64,000 nucleotides of DNA, taken from the human T2T-CHM13v2.0 reference genome, Homo sapiens. The notes under the pieces were generated by a model that was given only the letters and a program-made list of their open reading frames with translations, was not told the origin of the DNA and did no database searches. This document shows, piece after piece, positions 30,290 through 45,190 of this stretch (position 1 is its first letter; each line of letters opens with the position of its first letter). The stretch lies in the NCBI RefSeq assembly GCF_009914755.1, contig NC_060927.1; one strand, given 5' to 3'. The position numbers and the translations under genes were made by a program.

Positions 30290-33017
30290 TCAAACAGGAA
30301 TAAAAACACTTGCTGTGTACTGTTTCTCCTTCTCCAGTTTAAACCAGAAAAACACTAGATCCAAGAGATAACATGTAATACATTAAGAAAGAAACTTTCA
30401 CGTAGGAAGCCAAATATCCTCCCACATTGTTTCCCCCATATGTGTACACTAATTACTGGAGCATCTTCACATGCCAGCGATTATCAAAGCCTCACAAGTG
30501 TAGACTGCAGTGTCAGTGAGTGCTTGGTAAGACAGACCAAACTCCGTCAGTACCTTGCCATGTGATCCTGGACAAGACATACTTGTCCTCTCATGGTCAT
30601 TAAAATGGGAGAGGGAATGGGGACAAGATGCTATCTCGACTCTTTACAGCACCATAGATTTAGTTTCTCTAGCAAGGCCTATGCTCCTTAAGTTTATGGA
30701 TGTCACAAAGTGGTTCTGTATTTTATATTATTTGTCAGAAGATTAGTAATAGGCTCCCATTAGAACCAGAAGAACCAGGCTTTTGTGTGAAAAAAAAAAA
30801 ATGAGTGAGTAGGCTACCTCAGTACTTTAAGAGATGGTAAAAGTATCCTGCTTTGACAGCCAGGTGAAAAAGCTAATAAAAGCACAGAAAGTTTTCATAA
30901 AGGGGTACAGCTTCAGATGTCTCCAGATAATCCCTCTGTTAATTGTGAAGGGTCATCTGTAGGGGGCCACTGGTATATATCTCTTTACTAAGTTAGCTGG
31001 TTAACACTGGATCCTTAGGGAATGAGATGATGTATGAATATGGAAGGAGTCAAGGTGCTAAGCTGTACTTTATGTTCTAAATGTGTAATTTCCTCTGCTT
31101 TCTTGATTGATCTCTTTAGCATTGTCCTGTTTTCTAAAGTCAAATTTTGACACATATTGGATGGACAACAGATTTCATTATATGTGTGGGGGAATGGAAA
31201 TGGAACACAACAACTGAAATGGAAATATTCAGAAAGGGGCAGGCAAGGGCAAAGCTTTATCAAGAAGGTGTGAGTGGACACCTACTCTACAGGTCTTTAA
31301 AATTCATTTTTATGCATTTAATTAACACTTGCCATTTTACAAAATACAATGTCAATGTGAGTTATTTGACATTATCCTCACCACATCTCCATGCAGTAAG
31401 CCCAGAGACTACAGTTTAGAGAACTGATATAGCTCCAATCAGGCCACACATCTTGTAACCCGCAGAGCTTGAATAGGAACCCAGTCTTATATTCATCCCT
31501 CTCTGTATACCACCACCATCAGCCCATAACTGTGGAAACTCTATTAGCCTAGGAACTCATTAAAATCATGTTTACACTTTTACTAACTTAAAATCATATT
31601 TATTTAACTAGATGTCTCATTAGCTTATTGAAGTCATTACTGCCTGTCAGTCAGAGAAAGCAAACGAATGAATATTCTTCATAATAGAAGAGCAAGCAGG
31701 ACTGTAATTAATGACTTTGCTAATAACAGCCCCGTGTTTGTGCACATTGATTTTCAGATATGGAATATACACATAAACCTCTGGGGAACAATGTTCTTCT
31801 ATTTACCAAGAACAAATCTACTAATAGTTATTAACAATACATTCTTTAAAAGGCTTTATTTCTAATAATCTCTTACATATGGATGTTTCTTCAATGTGAA
31901 TTACCAAATTGACTTTGAACAATTTATGCTGCCAAATTTTTCCATTTATCTCATTCAGATGACAAAAGTAAATACACCAAAGATTATTTCTATGCAAAAA
32001 TGTCTTAAGTGGAGTGGTATTTGAGATGGGACCCTGAAAAAAAAAGTAAGGTATCCAACAGAAAGTTCCAATGCAGAAGGAATGCAAGATGAAGGAAACA
32101 GCAAAAGAAACAGACAGATTGAGGAAGTGGCACAGTTCCCAAGAACAGAGATTGGCCCGGTAGCTCTAATGAAAGCATTAGAGGAAAGATCTAAACAGAG
32201 TTTTGATGTCAGGCTTTGGAAGGTCATGAGTACTTTGTCTACATGATAGCAAAATCCAAATATTTAAAGCCACAGATAACTGCCCAAGATTTTTGTCTCC
32301 ATTTGTGTTTGGTCTTAGGCACAGATTTATTATGTGCCTGTTCTAATTAATGTAGGCAAAAACACTGTTTTTTAATTGAAATAAGCACTTTCTGTTTTCA
32401 TACAACACTGAAGCAAATGCTAAGCTGGAAGCTTTTATTTTTGTTTTTGACAACGGTTTCTTTAATTGTAAGGGAAAATCAAGAAAATATTTAATTTTGT
32501 CTCATATCCGAATAGTAGAGGAAAGGCCATATTGTTGGAATGCAGTGATGGGAGCTCTATTATTCTCCCTATGTGAATTTGCAGCATTAGCATCTCTGAA
32601 CTACGGGTTCTATCACCAGAAAGTTGAGGATACCAGTAATTACCACTTTACTTGCTTAGAGGAATACAAATTATAATGTATATGACAAGGCTTTGCAACT
32701 TAAAAAGTGCTATAACACAGTGAGCAGCTCTCTACGTGAAGCTGATAAAGACTGAAAAAAATAAGGTTAAGAACTTGTGATTATTTTATATTTATTTTCT
32801 ATATTTCTAGTGCTTGCTCCTGATATCAATGAAGAAAAGTGGGAAATACAGCCTGCTAAACAGTGCTTGATGGTAAAAATACAATGCTAAAGCATTTCAT
32901 TGGCTCAGCTACTTTTATTTTCAAAAACTTCAGTCTATATATAATATTAGGAGGAAAAGACTAGTCAAAGTATTGTTTAGATTTTTTTTAAAAATGTACT
33001 TAAAAGCATTAAATATT

Positions 33018-33043
33018 TGTGTGTGTGTGTGTGTGTGTGTGTG
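33018..33043. repeat. (TG)13 microsatellite
   Basis: Perfect TG run. Confidence 0.95.
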
Positions 33044-33450
33044 TACATGCACACTAGGTAAAAATAATGTTCTTCTGTAGTTTAGAGGACTGATAGAACT
33101 AATTTGGTATTTTCTTTCCTTATAAGTTGTAGATTTCATATGCATTTGTCTTATAACCTGTTTTTTACCTTGACCTAGCTTAATGATCCTTCTAAACAAG
33201 ATATTCTCTAGTTAAAAGGAATTAGAATTATGTGAAATTGACTTGGGAGGTAAAACTTTATTTTCATTCATTTGCACATATCCTTATTGAAAAGTATAAA
33301 CAAAGTTAAGATTTGGAAGGCCATGCTAAACTCTTCTGTAAATATCACATGTCTATATGTCTAAGGATTTGGATACATGTTGCATTTGAAGTAGCTTAGG
33401 TGTCTCTAATAAATGAGTCAGCTTACAAGCTTACACTCTTTTTTCTTTAC

Positions 33451-33854
<404 letters not shown>

Positions 33855-34157
33855 TAGAAATAAAGGCCAGTGGTTCATTGGCCAAAAAGAATTTGTCGTT
33901 AAAAAAAAAGCAAATCTGTCCGATTTATTAATTATGATTGTGTGATTTGATCCAACCAATGATAGATGGCAAATTTCACTTTTCAATTTGTCTAGGTATT
34001 AGATGAAGGTCACCCAAAAACTGAGTTGGAAAAAAAACTTGAAAAGGAATCCATCTAATCCATGTCTTTTAGCCCCACACACGGCAGATCTGAGCAAAAA
34101 GATGAAAGAAAATTCCATTTTCTTTATCACAGAGCAAATAAGAGTCTCAACATGCAA

Positions 34158-34330
34158 AGCTGTACAGCAGAACTTTCTCTAATGATGGAAATGGTATACC
34201 TCTGCACTGTCTAATACAGTAGACACATACCACATGTGACTACTGAGCAGTCAAAATGTGGTTATTATGACTGAGGAACTAAATTTTAAATAGCCATATT
34301 TGTTTAGTGTCTACTATATTAGAGAGTGCC
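34158..34330. mobile_element. MER3-like hAT-Charlie MITE
   Basis: agaactttctctaatgatggaaatg...ctgcactgtctaatacagtag...ccacatgtgactactgagca...tgactgaggaactaaattttaa. Confidence 0.82.
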
Positions 34331-34487
34331 ACTAAATATTTTAGTCACACTTTACTGAAGCAAGAATTGTAAAGTGCCACAATCCAGGCAGATAAATATG
34401 CTGCATTTTAATAACCTGTGAAGTCAGGTTGTTGCCTTTTATGCAGGTCCCATAATATCAGGAGTTCACTTTCAGATTTGCACTTGG

Positions 34488-34819
34488 AGCCAGGAGTGGT
34501 GGCTCAGGTTTGTAATCCCAGCACTTTGGGAGATCAAGGTGGGTGAATCACTTGAGGTCAGGAGTTTGAGACCAGCCTGGCCAACGTGGCAAAACCCCAT
34601 CTCTACCAAAAATACAAAAATGAGCTGGGCGTGGTAGCATGCACCTGTAGCCTCAGCTACTTAGGAGGTTGAGGCAGGAGAATTTCCTGAACCTGGGAGG
34701 CAGATGTTGTGGTGAGCCAAGATCGCACCAAGACTGTACTCCAGCCTGGGCGATAGAGTGAGACTCCATCTCAAAAAGAGAAAAAAAAAGAAAGTAAGAA
34801 AGAAAGAAAGAAAGAAAAA
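34488..34819 (+). mobile_element. AluS with a (GAAA)n tail
   Basis: Full dimer; degenerate TSD atttgcact...tgga. Confidence 0.94.
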
Positions 34820-36919
34820 ATTTGCACTCCTTGGAAGAAGTATGCACAGCTCTGCTTCATTATCTCTGCATTTCTCTTCCTTAGACTTGGTCACTATTGA
34901 TTTTCTACTCTCCTAAGTTTGGACTGCTCATTCCTCCTAATATAAATGCTGTCTAAGCATGTGTTGTGGAAGAAGTATCCTCTGTTATCTTTTGGGAGGA
35001 CAAATTATGACAGCCATTAGAAAAAAAAAGATTAATCTAATTTAGAAAATCTCTTAGTGTAATAGGTCTTTAAGTAGATTTTTGTGTGGTCCCAGAATTG
35101 TAGCTAAATCCAAGATTAAAATATTCAACCTTATCCACCCCACATTCTAAATAAGCTTCCTAGAATTAGAGACATCTACCCTTTATAGCACTTTCTAAGA
35201 GATTAAAGAAATACCGCCAACTACCATACCATATCCTACCCCCATGTTAATATAAGAAAAGGATGAGAGATGAGAGAGGGTTTTCTTGGACCTAGGTCTT
35301 TGAGAGACGCAGCGTTCCTGAGGACAATCAATTCCCTTCCCTCCTTGTGGATTAGTTAGGGGAAGGGAGAATATCCCTCCTGCCTGAAGCTAAGTGAAGG
35401 AAGCTCCAAGAATATTATGCATAAAACTTAAGTGCCCAGCAAGAAGAGACTAGCATCTTATCCTTAGACTGGGTGCTTGATAAACAGTAGTCCTGTTGGT
35501 GTAGGCAGAGTAGGGAGTGCTTAAGAAGTTCTTGTAAAAATGTGACTTGTGCCACCTCATGTTTTCGGCCTTTGAGAACATAGAAAATGGTGCCCACTTC
35601 TGATGAAGAGATTTGGAAATCAGGCTCCCTGCTATAATTGATTATGGGATCATAGAGGAGGCCTTGAAGTGGTGTGATAAGCGTGGAAGAAGATGAGAAT
35701 GCCAGCTATTCCACTCCAGTCTTTACATCCCTGCAGGGACACAGAAGAAGACCTCTGGATTCCGCATGGCTATGCATATTGAAGGTCCAGTTCAAAGAAT
35801 GTGGTGCTCTACACAGAGGAGGTGTTACTATTGTGCACCATTGATGGGGTAATCAGAGACACAGCTCCTTCTCTGAGAGGGTCCTCACCAAGAGAAGGTC
35901 ACAGGAAGTTGAAGATGACTCCAAGAAAACCATGCATATTGCTAATATGGAGACAATTACATCACCTGAAGCTTTAGCAGCAGACAGAACCAGGCCAATC
36001 CAGAGCAATGCCATAGACATCACTCCACTATCTTCATGTGCCTTTATAAGGAGATCTCTGCCTTTCCATCCTTTTCCCTTTCCCTGAAAAACTGAAGGCT
36101 CTAGGCCCAGAAGCAGCAACGGAAGGGGAAATCTCAGAGAACCCTCTTCTCTTTCACTCTACCCAACAAAGGATCATAGATCATAGCTCTAGTCTCCAAA
36201 AGGGAAGATCAATAGCCTGAAATCAGATATGAGATTAAAGTTTTTTGCTAAATTAGACCAAGTGGTTGGAGAATAATAGAATCTACTCAGTACGTTGTTA
36301 AGCAGGAAAGCTGGATTTGACAAAGTACAGTTAAAAGTAATGACAGGAAGAACAAAACAAAGCGTAATAGGTTCATATTTATATCCACCAAGTTGAGACT
36401 GCTCAATTACAAAAGAAATATTAATGCACTTCTGTGTTTTTGGTTTTTAGTCCAGTTTAACAGCACTCAATCTACATTAGTAAATGAATATTTCTAAACC
36501 ATATCACACATTTTGAAACAAAACCCACTCATATTTTCGGGCACTTTTTCAAAAAAGAAAAAATATATTTTCGACAAGATAGGGTGGATGATGGGGACCC
36601 TACCTATAAGTTTTATTTCTTCAAAAGTTGCCTTGCTGTCATTGAAACAAATGGTGAGCAAAACGAAGTTAACAGTTTAACATTTTATTAAAAGGGTGTC
36701 TGTATCCAACTCTAAAGCACTGCCCTGACTCTCAACCCTCCTGGAGGGCCCCCTGGAAGCTGCCCCTGAAGCTTCCTTCACACTGACCTCAATAGTGGGA
36801 AATCTTATTCTCTGGGGGTGAATGTAAACTTTAGAGTTAGGCAGAACATAATTTCACACATTTTTTCATGTATTAGACATCAGTCGTGGTGCTAAGTCTT
36901 GAGGAGGAAAGATATTATA

Positions 36920-37145
36920 TTGGGAAAAAAATAACTAGGCTTTGGCATCAGAAAATGGGATCAAATCAAAGCTATAGGCTTTATTGGCAGTCTAGTCCTG
37001 AGAAAGCCCCTTAGCATTTGAATATCCATCCATTCATCAGTGAAACGAAAATAATACTTCATAATTGTATTGAAAGTCCTTAATGATATATTATTTGTAG
37101 AGCATATAGTTTCTGGGATTTAGTAAACATCCAAATGTTATCAAC
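36920..37145 (+). mobile_element. MIR fragment
   Basis: taggctttggcatcagaaaatgggatcaaatc...cattcatcagtgaaacgaaaataatacttcata. Confidence 0.6.
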
Positions 37146-37149
37146 CTTC

Positions 37150-37700
37150 AACATAAAAAGATTATGATGTCATGCCTCCTAAACTTAAAGGCCAGTTGTG
37201 GAGACATATAATTACAATAAAATGTAATGAGTTCTCTCAGATGTGAGCAGATTGCTATGACAATAAAGAGGCAGATGACTAACTTTCCTTGGAATGCTGG
37301 AACAGTGATATTTGAGCTGAAGCTTTTGCAGAAGGAGGGATTCTTCAGGTACAAAAGTTGTTGGACACGGAGCGATCCCGGCATAGCCAAAGGCAAATGC
37401 AGAGAAGTATGAAATGTTCAGTGTATTTGGAGAGTGGGGAGAAGTGAAGTGTGGCTAGAGCATATGGCATGTAGGGGGAATACCAGGAAGTGTTGCTGGA
37501 AAAGCAGTCAGGGCCAAAATGTGAAGGGTCATCGATACTTTGCTAAAGGGCTTGGCATTTATCCAGCAGAGGATGAAGATCTGCAACGGGGATCCAGCAG
37601 AGGTTTTTAGCAGGGCAGTGAAATGAGTGGATTTGTTTTTCAGGAAATATTTCCTTGGCATCAGAGTGGCTGATGAATTAGAGTTGAGAGAAACTGGTGT
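37150..37700 (-). mobile_element. L2 fragment
   Basis: gtgatatttgagctgaagc...gcatagccaaaggc...gaggtttttagcagggcagtgaaatgagtggatttgttttt. Confidence 0.7.
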
Positions 37701-39019
37701 CAAGACTTACAGCAACAGCCTCCTACCTGGGCTCCCTGCCACCATTTCAGACACGCTGAAGTGGAGGTGCCTGCAGGACACTCAGTGTAAACCACACTCA
37801 CAAAGCTAAGCAGAGGAAAATCCTACTTAGGGCCAGATAAATTACAGGGTAATTATTTCCACTGCAGAAACATTCTCTGCTTCATAAAAGGATTCATTTT
37901 AGGATCCCAGAGTTCCTCTAAATAGCAAGTTTCTTAGTGCATTTAGGCATCCCTTTACAGCTCATTAGCTACTTGATAGAGGCGGAGAAAGTCAAGAAAA
38001 TCCTAAAGATGTACTTTCAAGTGTTCTTATTAAAAATCTTCATGGATGAAAATAAAATGTTTGAAGTTATCATTTTTCAATGAAAAAGGAAATTTGATTT
38101 ATAAAAGCACTTCGATGTGATTTATAGAAACTAGAATAAGAAGAATGTCTGTTACGATATTCCATAGAATGCATTTCACAAATTTCAGCCACCATAACTC
38201 AAAACACTGTAGGGAGTGTGACAATATGAGTAGTCAGATTAATAGAAATAGCTAGAAATACAGCTGTTTAGCCACTGAATAAGAACCTCTATTGTCTTTA
38301 AGCCTGAATCTCATACATAGTTTTATGTTAAGTGCTTCTCTCTGTCCACAGTTTCTCATCAGATGAACTATGTCCTTTGCTACATAAATTAAAGAACATG
38401 TTGTAATTTGGATATTTTATATATATACACCAAATTATAAAAGAAAAACTATTTTAATCTCATTATATTGAATTTTCTTGTGAATAGATATTTCACGAGA
38501 ATACATTATTAATATCAACGGAGTCACTTCCAGAATGCAAATAAATGTAGAATAATTTCAATTTTAAAACAAAAAACACTGTTGGGAACCCTCTTTGAGG
38601 AATGCTTTCAGAGCATTCTTTGACCTATCTTTACTGGGAGCAACTCCTTTGTAGTGAATTTACTTTTTCAAAATAGACAAATTTCAATTTGAGCCAAATG
38701 CTTCTCAGTTGCCACGTGAGAGGTATCTAACTTAGCTACTGTCTATAAGTGTCTCACTCGGCATAAAGTGTAGTATTAGTGTTCCTTGTAGTACCTTCAG
38801 TTGAACTAGTTCAGAGAATTCCTTGTTGATAAAAGCATGTGGCAGAAACTGACAACTGTCTTTCAGTATTCATTCTTTTCTAATGTGTTTGATAACAACA
38901 CACGTTTTTATACTTGGCTACATTACTTAAAAAGTTAGACAATATTTACCATTCTTCCTTGTAGCTATATGTAGTCATCTGACTAAATTAAGGCTAATAT
39001 GATATAAATGAATATATAT

Positions 39020-39384
39020 TATGGGACTTTCAGAAAAGCTGATTTAAATGAGTTGATTTGGCTTAGAGGAAAACATTTTCTCCCCTACTTCTTCCAGCTA
39101 TTGCCACTACCACCACCACCATCATCATCATTTTCATCATCATCATGAAATGTGGATGTAATGGCTAGAATTCCAGCAGCCATCTTGAATCAAGAGGTGA
39201 TGAAAATTATCAATGAGGATGGGAAAACAGAAAAATAGAAAGCTGGGTTCCTAGTGTCCTCTGGGAATCCTGTGCTAGCTATGGACTGTAGACATTCAGA
39301 TCCCTTTTTATAATAGAACAAGCTTCTGCCTTGTTTAAACCACTTTTAGTTTGTTTAAAGTGAAAATTAATCTTAGCTGACACA
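39020..39384 (+). mobile_element. Old MaLR LTR (MLT1J/K-like) containing a (CAC)/(CAT)n run
   Basis: ggatgtaatggctagaattccagcagccatcttg...gctgggttcct...ttctgccttgtttaaaccactttt...cttagctgacaca. Confidence 0.7.
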
Positions 39385-39879
39385 GGTTATATCAAAAGAG
39401 AATGTATTCTTGTCTACATAAATTATCAGGATAAACATGCACAAGATGAATTAAGGTGAAGTGTTTTGTCATTCTGAATTTTCTAGCTTCACAAATAATG
39501 ATGATGCAAATAAGAATATCCCCTCACATCAGTACAGGATTTTAGAGATAGGATACAGGATTTTAGAGATAGGAATTTTTATATCTGTGACCACATTTAA
39601 TCTTTGAAGTAACTCTGTAATAAAGCAGAAGGACTTCCATTTCCCATACAAACAGATGATGAAATTAAGGTTGAGCTATCTGCCTCAGGTCAAACAACAG
39701 CAGTTGGTACAGCCAGAAACCAAACGTTCTTGACTTAAAATGTATTGCTTTCCTATTGATAACTTGCAGGTTCTACACGTGAACATTAGTCACATGTTGT
39801 ATACCATTCACTACCTGACTCACTTACGTGCTCCTTTGATTAAAGATAAAAAAAATAGCTTTCATAGTTTTTCACTGGG

Positions 39880-40410
39880 CTTCTGTTTTTGCCATGGTGC
39901 AGTAACAGTGACTAGATTTAACTTCCCACTTTAAACAACCAAAAATTATACCATATATGAAACAATGATTTTCAGATGTTGGGAAACATGCAGTGTACAA
40001 CTGTGATCCTTGAGAGAAAAAAACATAGTGAGCATTGCCCCAGAAGGAAATGTCTAGACAGCGGCACAGAAAGAAAGAACACAAACAGCCAAGGAGATTC
40101 ACTGAGCTGAGGAAACAGAAACTGGATTTCAGGGAGCCAGGGGAGGCAAGGTGGCTAGAAGTTGGGTGTCAGTGTATCAGATTAAAAGAAGTCAGTAATT
40201 TAGACGAATACTGACCTGCATATGTGTGAGAGGAAACTACCCAAGGCTATGGGAGAAAAAAAATACACAAGAAAAAAGCCAGATAATTCTTGGAGCTCAC
40301 ACAGAGCCAAGAGTAGTTCATGTCCCCACAAAGGTGGACAGACCTGGTAATATATGGGGCTTTGGCTGGAGCTCTAAGAAGGGTATAACTAGTTTAATAA
40401 AATTCTAGGA
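39880..40410 (+). mobile_element. Old L1M 5'-region fragment
   Basis: agtaacagtgactagatttaacttcccac...atatgaaacaatgattttcagatgttgg...actgtgatccttgagag resembles the L1MC/L1MD 5' UTR. Confidence 0.55.
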
Positions 40411-40559
40411 AAGTCAACATAGAGTACACAGAAAAGAGATGGAAGAATAGAAAGTTACACAGTAACCTAGGATTTTATGAACTTGAACATAAATGACAAT
40501 TGCAGCACTTCTGTTTGACCTCGGTATTTGTCATAGAATTAAATTAAATTTCTACATAT

Positions 40560-41265
40560 CGGATATAGCAAGGAATAGAGATAAAAGTCTTTACCATCGC
40601 GGAGCTTATATTCTAACGAGAGTAGAAGAGAGAGACAGTCATGTAATAAATATTATATTGGAGGAAATGAGTGCTATTAGAATATAAATGGGGGTAAGGT
40701 GTTGTGAGAAAGAATGTGGCAATTTTAAGAAGTTCATAAATTCATCAAGGTAGATGAGACCAAAGACAGTGATGAGGCCAGGGTGGCTGGAGGCAACGAG
40801 AAGAACAACAGGAGAGAAGTCAGAGATGTATTGATGGGTTAGATCCTGTAAGCCATTGTGAAAACAGGAGAGATTGCAAGGTTTAAAGCAGAGGTATGAC
40901 ATAATGTCTCATATCTCGAAAGGATACTCTTCCTGTTGTTTGGATTAGGCTCCAAGGGTGCAATGGTGGATTCCCACCACTAAGGAGGATATTACAGTAT
41001 TCCAGAGGAGAAGGACTGAAAGCTTGGATTTGAGGGGCACTCTGGACAAGGTGAGAAATGGTCAGATTATGCATATAATTGAAAAAACAGAGCCATGACA
41101 ATGTTCAAATATTATATGTGGGATATAAAAGAAGAGAAGAATCCAGGATGCTTTTGAGAGTTGTGGTGGTTTTTAAGCAACTAAAAGGGTAGAGTTGCCA
41201 TTAACGACAAAGGAGAACACTTTGGATGGAGCATAGTAGAAGAGAAGATCAATCCTGGACATGAA
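40560..41265 (-). mobile_element. L2 fragment
   Basis: ggagcttatattctaacg...agatcctgtaagccattgtg...ggtttaaagcagaggtatgacat...gagaaatggtcagattatgcatataattg...ggtagagttgccatt. Confidence 0.78.
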
Positions 41266-41307
41266 AAAATCAATGGCGGTTTAGTGTGTGATACCACAAT
41301 ATTGTGA

Positions 41308-41610
<303 letters not shown>

Positions 41611-43359
41611 TTTATTTTTTGTAAACATAAAAATATTGTAAAATATTGTTATTTTAACAATACATTTTAAAGAAGGTATTAGATCTGCTGCATGGTCATT
41701 TTTAAATGCTTTAAAAAAGACATAATACAAAATAGCTTTCCCTTTCAAATAACATAATAAATCCTACATAATTGCATATTTTAGAAGAAATAGGAAAACA
41801 CGAAAGTTTAGACTCTTGCTACAAAGTGAAGTCTCTCCCACATTAAACACAGGAATGTTAAACAGCCTATAGCGTTCTCCCAAATAGCCCATTGTGCAAC
41901 TTGAACAACATGTATTTGCAATTTAACTTCTGTTTTGCCTAACTTCTTTTTCAAATGCATCCTCTCTGTGTTGCAACACTGTCACTTATACAGACGTGCA
42001 CAGCAGGGCCTACCTTTAAATACTGAAATCTCTGAGAAGTTGATTGCTCTTCCAATCACTTATCTGGCTGCAAACCGCTGAGTTGTTGCCATGATTAACA
42101 GTTATTCTTTCATAGACAATAAAAACAGGAAGGTTATATAGTGAAGATTTAAAGCTAGAAACAAATATATTGATAATGAATACGAACACTGTCATTTTGC
42201 AGCTATGAAAACTGAGGACAGTGTAGGGAAGAGATTTCCCATAAAACGTCAACTCTGATTTAGTTCAGGCAGTTAGTTTCAGGAAAAAAAAATGTATTAA
42301 ATGTGTTATGTAAAACGGTGTGGGGAGAAGAATGGTTAAGTTTAAATAACTTGTTATTTAGAAGATGGTAGGTGAAAAGAAATACATATATATTTGCTGC
42401 TGTCTGTCTGCCCCCTATACTCCACTGTGTGAAAATGCAGTAAACTGGGCTAATAACTTATAGCACAATTTGCACAGTCAAAATGAAGGTTTCTGCTAGA
42501 TACCATTAAACTCAAAGGTCACATTTAATATAAACCTTTTATCCTGCCTGGACTCAAAGCAGTTTCAGGATTTGTCATTTAACAGTCATAAATAATGTGC
42601 CTCATTTTGTGGCATCCTGGAGACTGAGAATCTCTCATATTTTCTTCTCAACATTAAAATTCACAAAAATGGGGGGGGGGTTAAAAAAAGAAATAAAAAG
42701 ATAACTTGGTAATTTCTGTTGATAATTTCAAAAGCTGGTCCTTGAGCTTTGGTGGAGACAATCTCGTTAGCATCAGTGATGTGTAATACAATAAAGAGAA
42801 ACACACAAAAATCAAACACCCTGTCTGGAGTGGCAGCTGCTCTTGTCAGAGCTATCTGTCTCGTGCCAGTCCCAGAAGTGCAATGGTACCAATGGTCTTT
42901 GTCCCATGTTCTTCCTGCAGCAAAACTTGTCAGGTTATGATGTGCCAATCTTTATCAATGTCTACAGTTCTGCACAAGAAGGTTCCTCACAGAACGTGCT
43001 TACGCTTCTGGGCAAGAAAACGCTGTGTGCTGTCACTCTTCCTTCCCCCTTGTAAGCACAATTGTCCCAGCAAGCGAGCGCCAGAGCAGCTGAAGGCGAA
43101 GGAGAGCATCTGCCTATTTCTAAGTCTTGGTTATCTGAAAGCGTCTCCAATTCTTTTTTTTTTCCCTTTTTTTTGGAAGCTGCTTTTGTAGTCAGTAGGG
43201 AGCTCTGGATGAATCAGAATAGGAATTACCCTTTTAAGAGGGAACACCTTCTACTTGTTTGAAACTCTAAATCCAATAACACTATTTCCAGACATGAATT
43301 AAGCTCTTTAAATTGATAAATGCTCATATCATTTTATTTTCTCATTTATAAATATGCAT

Positions 43360-43510
43360 CTCATTTCATTCGCACAGCCATTTCCAGAGTAAGTATTATT
43401 TTTCCACTATAGTGATGATGATACAGTTTTCAAATAAGTCAAGTGACTTATCTGAGATCGCCCAGCTTAGAAGGGGCAAGACTAAGTCTTAGATCCAGTC
43501 TAGCTCTCAT
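43360..43510 (-). mobile_element. MIR fragment
   Basis: ctcatttcattcgcacagcc...agtattatttttccactatag...gtcaagtgacttatctgagatcgcccagct. Confidence 0.65.
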
Positions 43511-44779
43511 TTTACTTCATTTTAACTGCCTCATTTCAGGAAGTTACAGTTTCTATCACTATAGGAGTTTATCCTCCAGAGAGTTGAAGAACCATAAGAA
43601 CTGTCTCTCTCCGTGGCTCAACAGATAGATTGAACACAGCTCACACTACTCACAGGCCTGTGATTCAGCCAAATTGTTCCTTATTTCATGTAGCTGTGGT
43701 GACTCTCAATAGATTGGATCTTCGTGGCCCATTTATTCCAATGCAGCTTTCAGTTTCACTGACCGTTGTGGAAGCTGTGGGCATTTGACTGTGAGTGAGC
43801 TCTGATTCCAGGGTTGGGGAACTTCCTGGAGTACCAGGGCATGAAAGACCCAAGTCAAGAAAAGGGAGGGGCTTTTTTTTAAAAAACTGTTACTTTTCTC
43901 CCTGTGTGTCCATGTAATTTACAAATATTATAACGCTCGTTACTAGAATGCCAAACTGAATTAGGTCATTTCTCAATCTAGAAGATGCTTTTCCTTCGAC
44001 AGAGACGGGAACTGTAACATTTACCAAGAAACTATATGATTGTGTGTCACGTTTTACATTTACTAATTCATTTTTGTTTATTCTTCACAATAACCACGTG
44101 AGATCAGTGTTATACTCATTTTACTGCTTAGGAAATTCAGAGCCAGAAAAGGCAAGATATTTTCTCAATATTTCATGTTTAATAAATGAGAGAACCCAGA
44201 ACCAAAGCTAGAAATAATAACAGTGAATCTCTGAGTAAGCACAGTAACATTTCTTCCATGAATCTTGGTGTGTTTTACTTTTTTATTTGCAAATGTTCTC
44301 CTGGGGGAGGTAATGGTACTGTCAAATATTTTTGCTAACAGAAGATGTGGAATGAGAAGAGACAAGTGACACATAGGTCACCATCATCAGATGCTCCAAA
44401 TAGGTCTATATGTGTGTTACAGTAGAAAAAAGGAGCTCTAACTACAAACTGGCTTCCAGATCAGTCACATTTTCCTGTGTTCCACATAGTTTCAGTTGTT
44501 ATGATGAAGCAACTTACCCACGAGCAGAAATAAGCATGGAGAAGGCAAATTGGTAATTGACATGTTAAAAGTTGTTAAAAATGCCAACTCATAAGCATTG
44601 TTAGTCCAAGGCCAACAGCTGTCTTAAATATCAACATTAGGATGAAGCTAAATAGCACACACATCTTTGATCACATAAGAATGTTTGGAGAAGAATGATT
44701 TTAGGAACTTGCATTATGTAAAGAATAATATTTGTCAACTTAAATGTAGTTACATGAAAACAATTGTTTTAGGTACTCT

Positions 44780-45190
44780 CACATGTAACCCAGTTGCCTC
44801 CTTAGGAATGAATTTATTCCACAGCTGCTGGGAGAACTGCTGGAAGAAATTCTTCATGCTTTCAGCTCCCCCCAGATCTGCTTAAGAGAGCTGCCTTACA
44901 ATGACTAATCGACATGGAGGTATAGGGGCCAATCCTCTTCAGCCTAAATCAGAGGATGCTTACGTTGTCATCGGCTCTTCCCGAACTCTCTACAGGAGTG
45001 AATGGCTGTGTTCTCCCATCAAAGCTTCATCCTTACTCACAATTCCCTCTGCTGAATCCTGTTTCCTTGTCTTCCCTTTCCTGGCTTTCCCTCGAAGGTG
45101 TTGATATCATTTTCATTCTCAAATAACCCCCACCTGCCCATTAGACTCTGCACTAATCTCTGTCTCAGAGTCTGTTTTTCTGAGCCAATG
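44780..45190 (+). mobile_element. ERVL LTR (LTR16-like)
   Basis: The 3' end ctctgcactaatctctgtctcagagtctgttttctgag resembles LTR16-family termini. Confidence 0.6.

Noticed and set aside
30954-30972. CTCF-like ctgtagggggcc (and ttactagaggcgc near 53042)
   Set aside because: The 5' CCAS part of the core is missing or the spacing is wrong, so these are at chance-match level.
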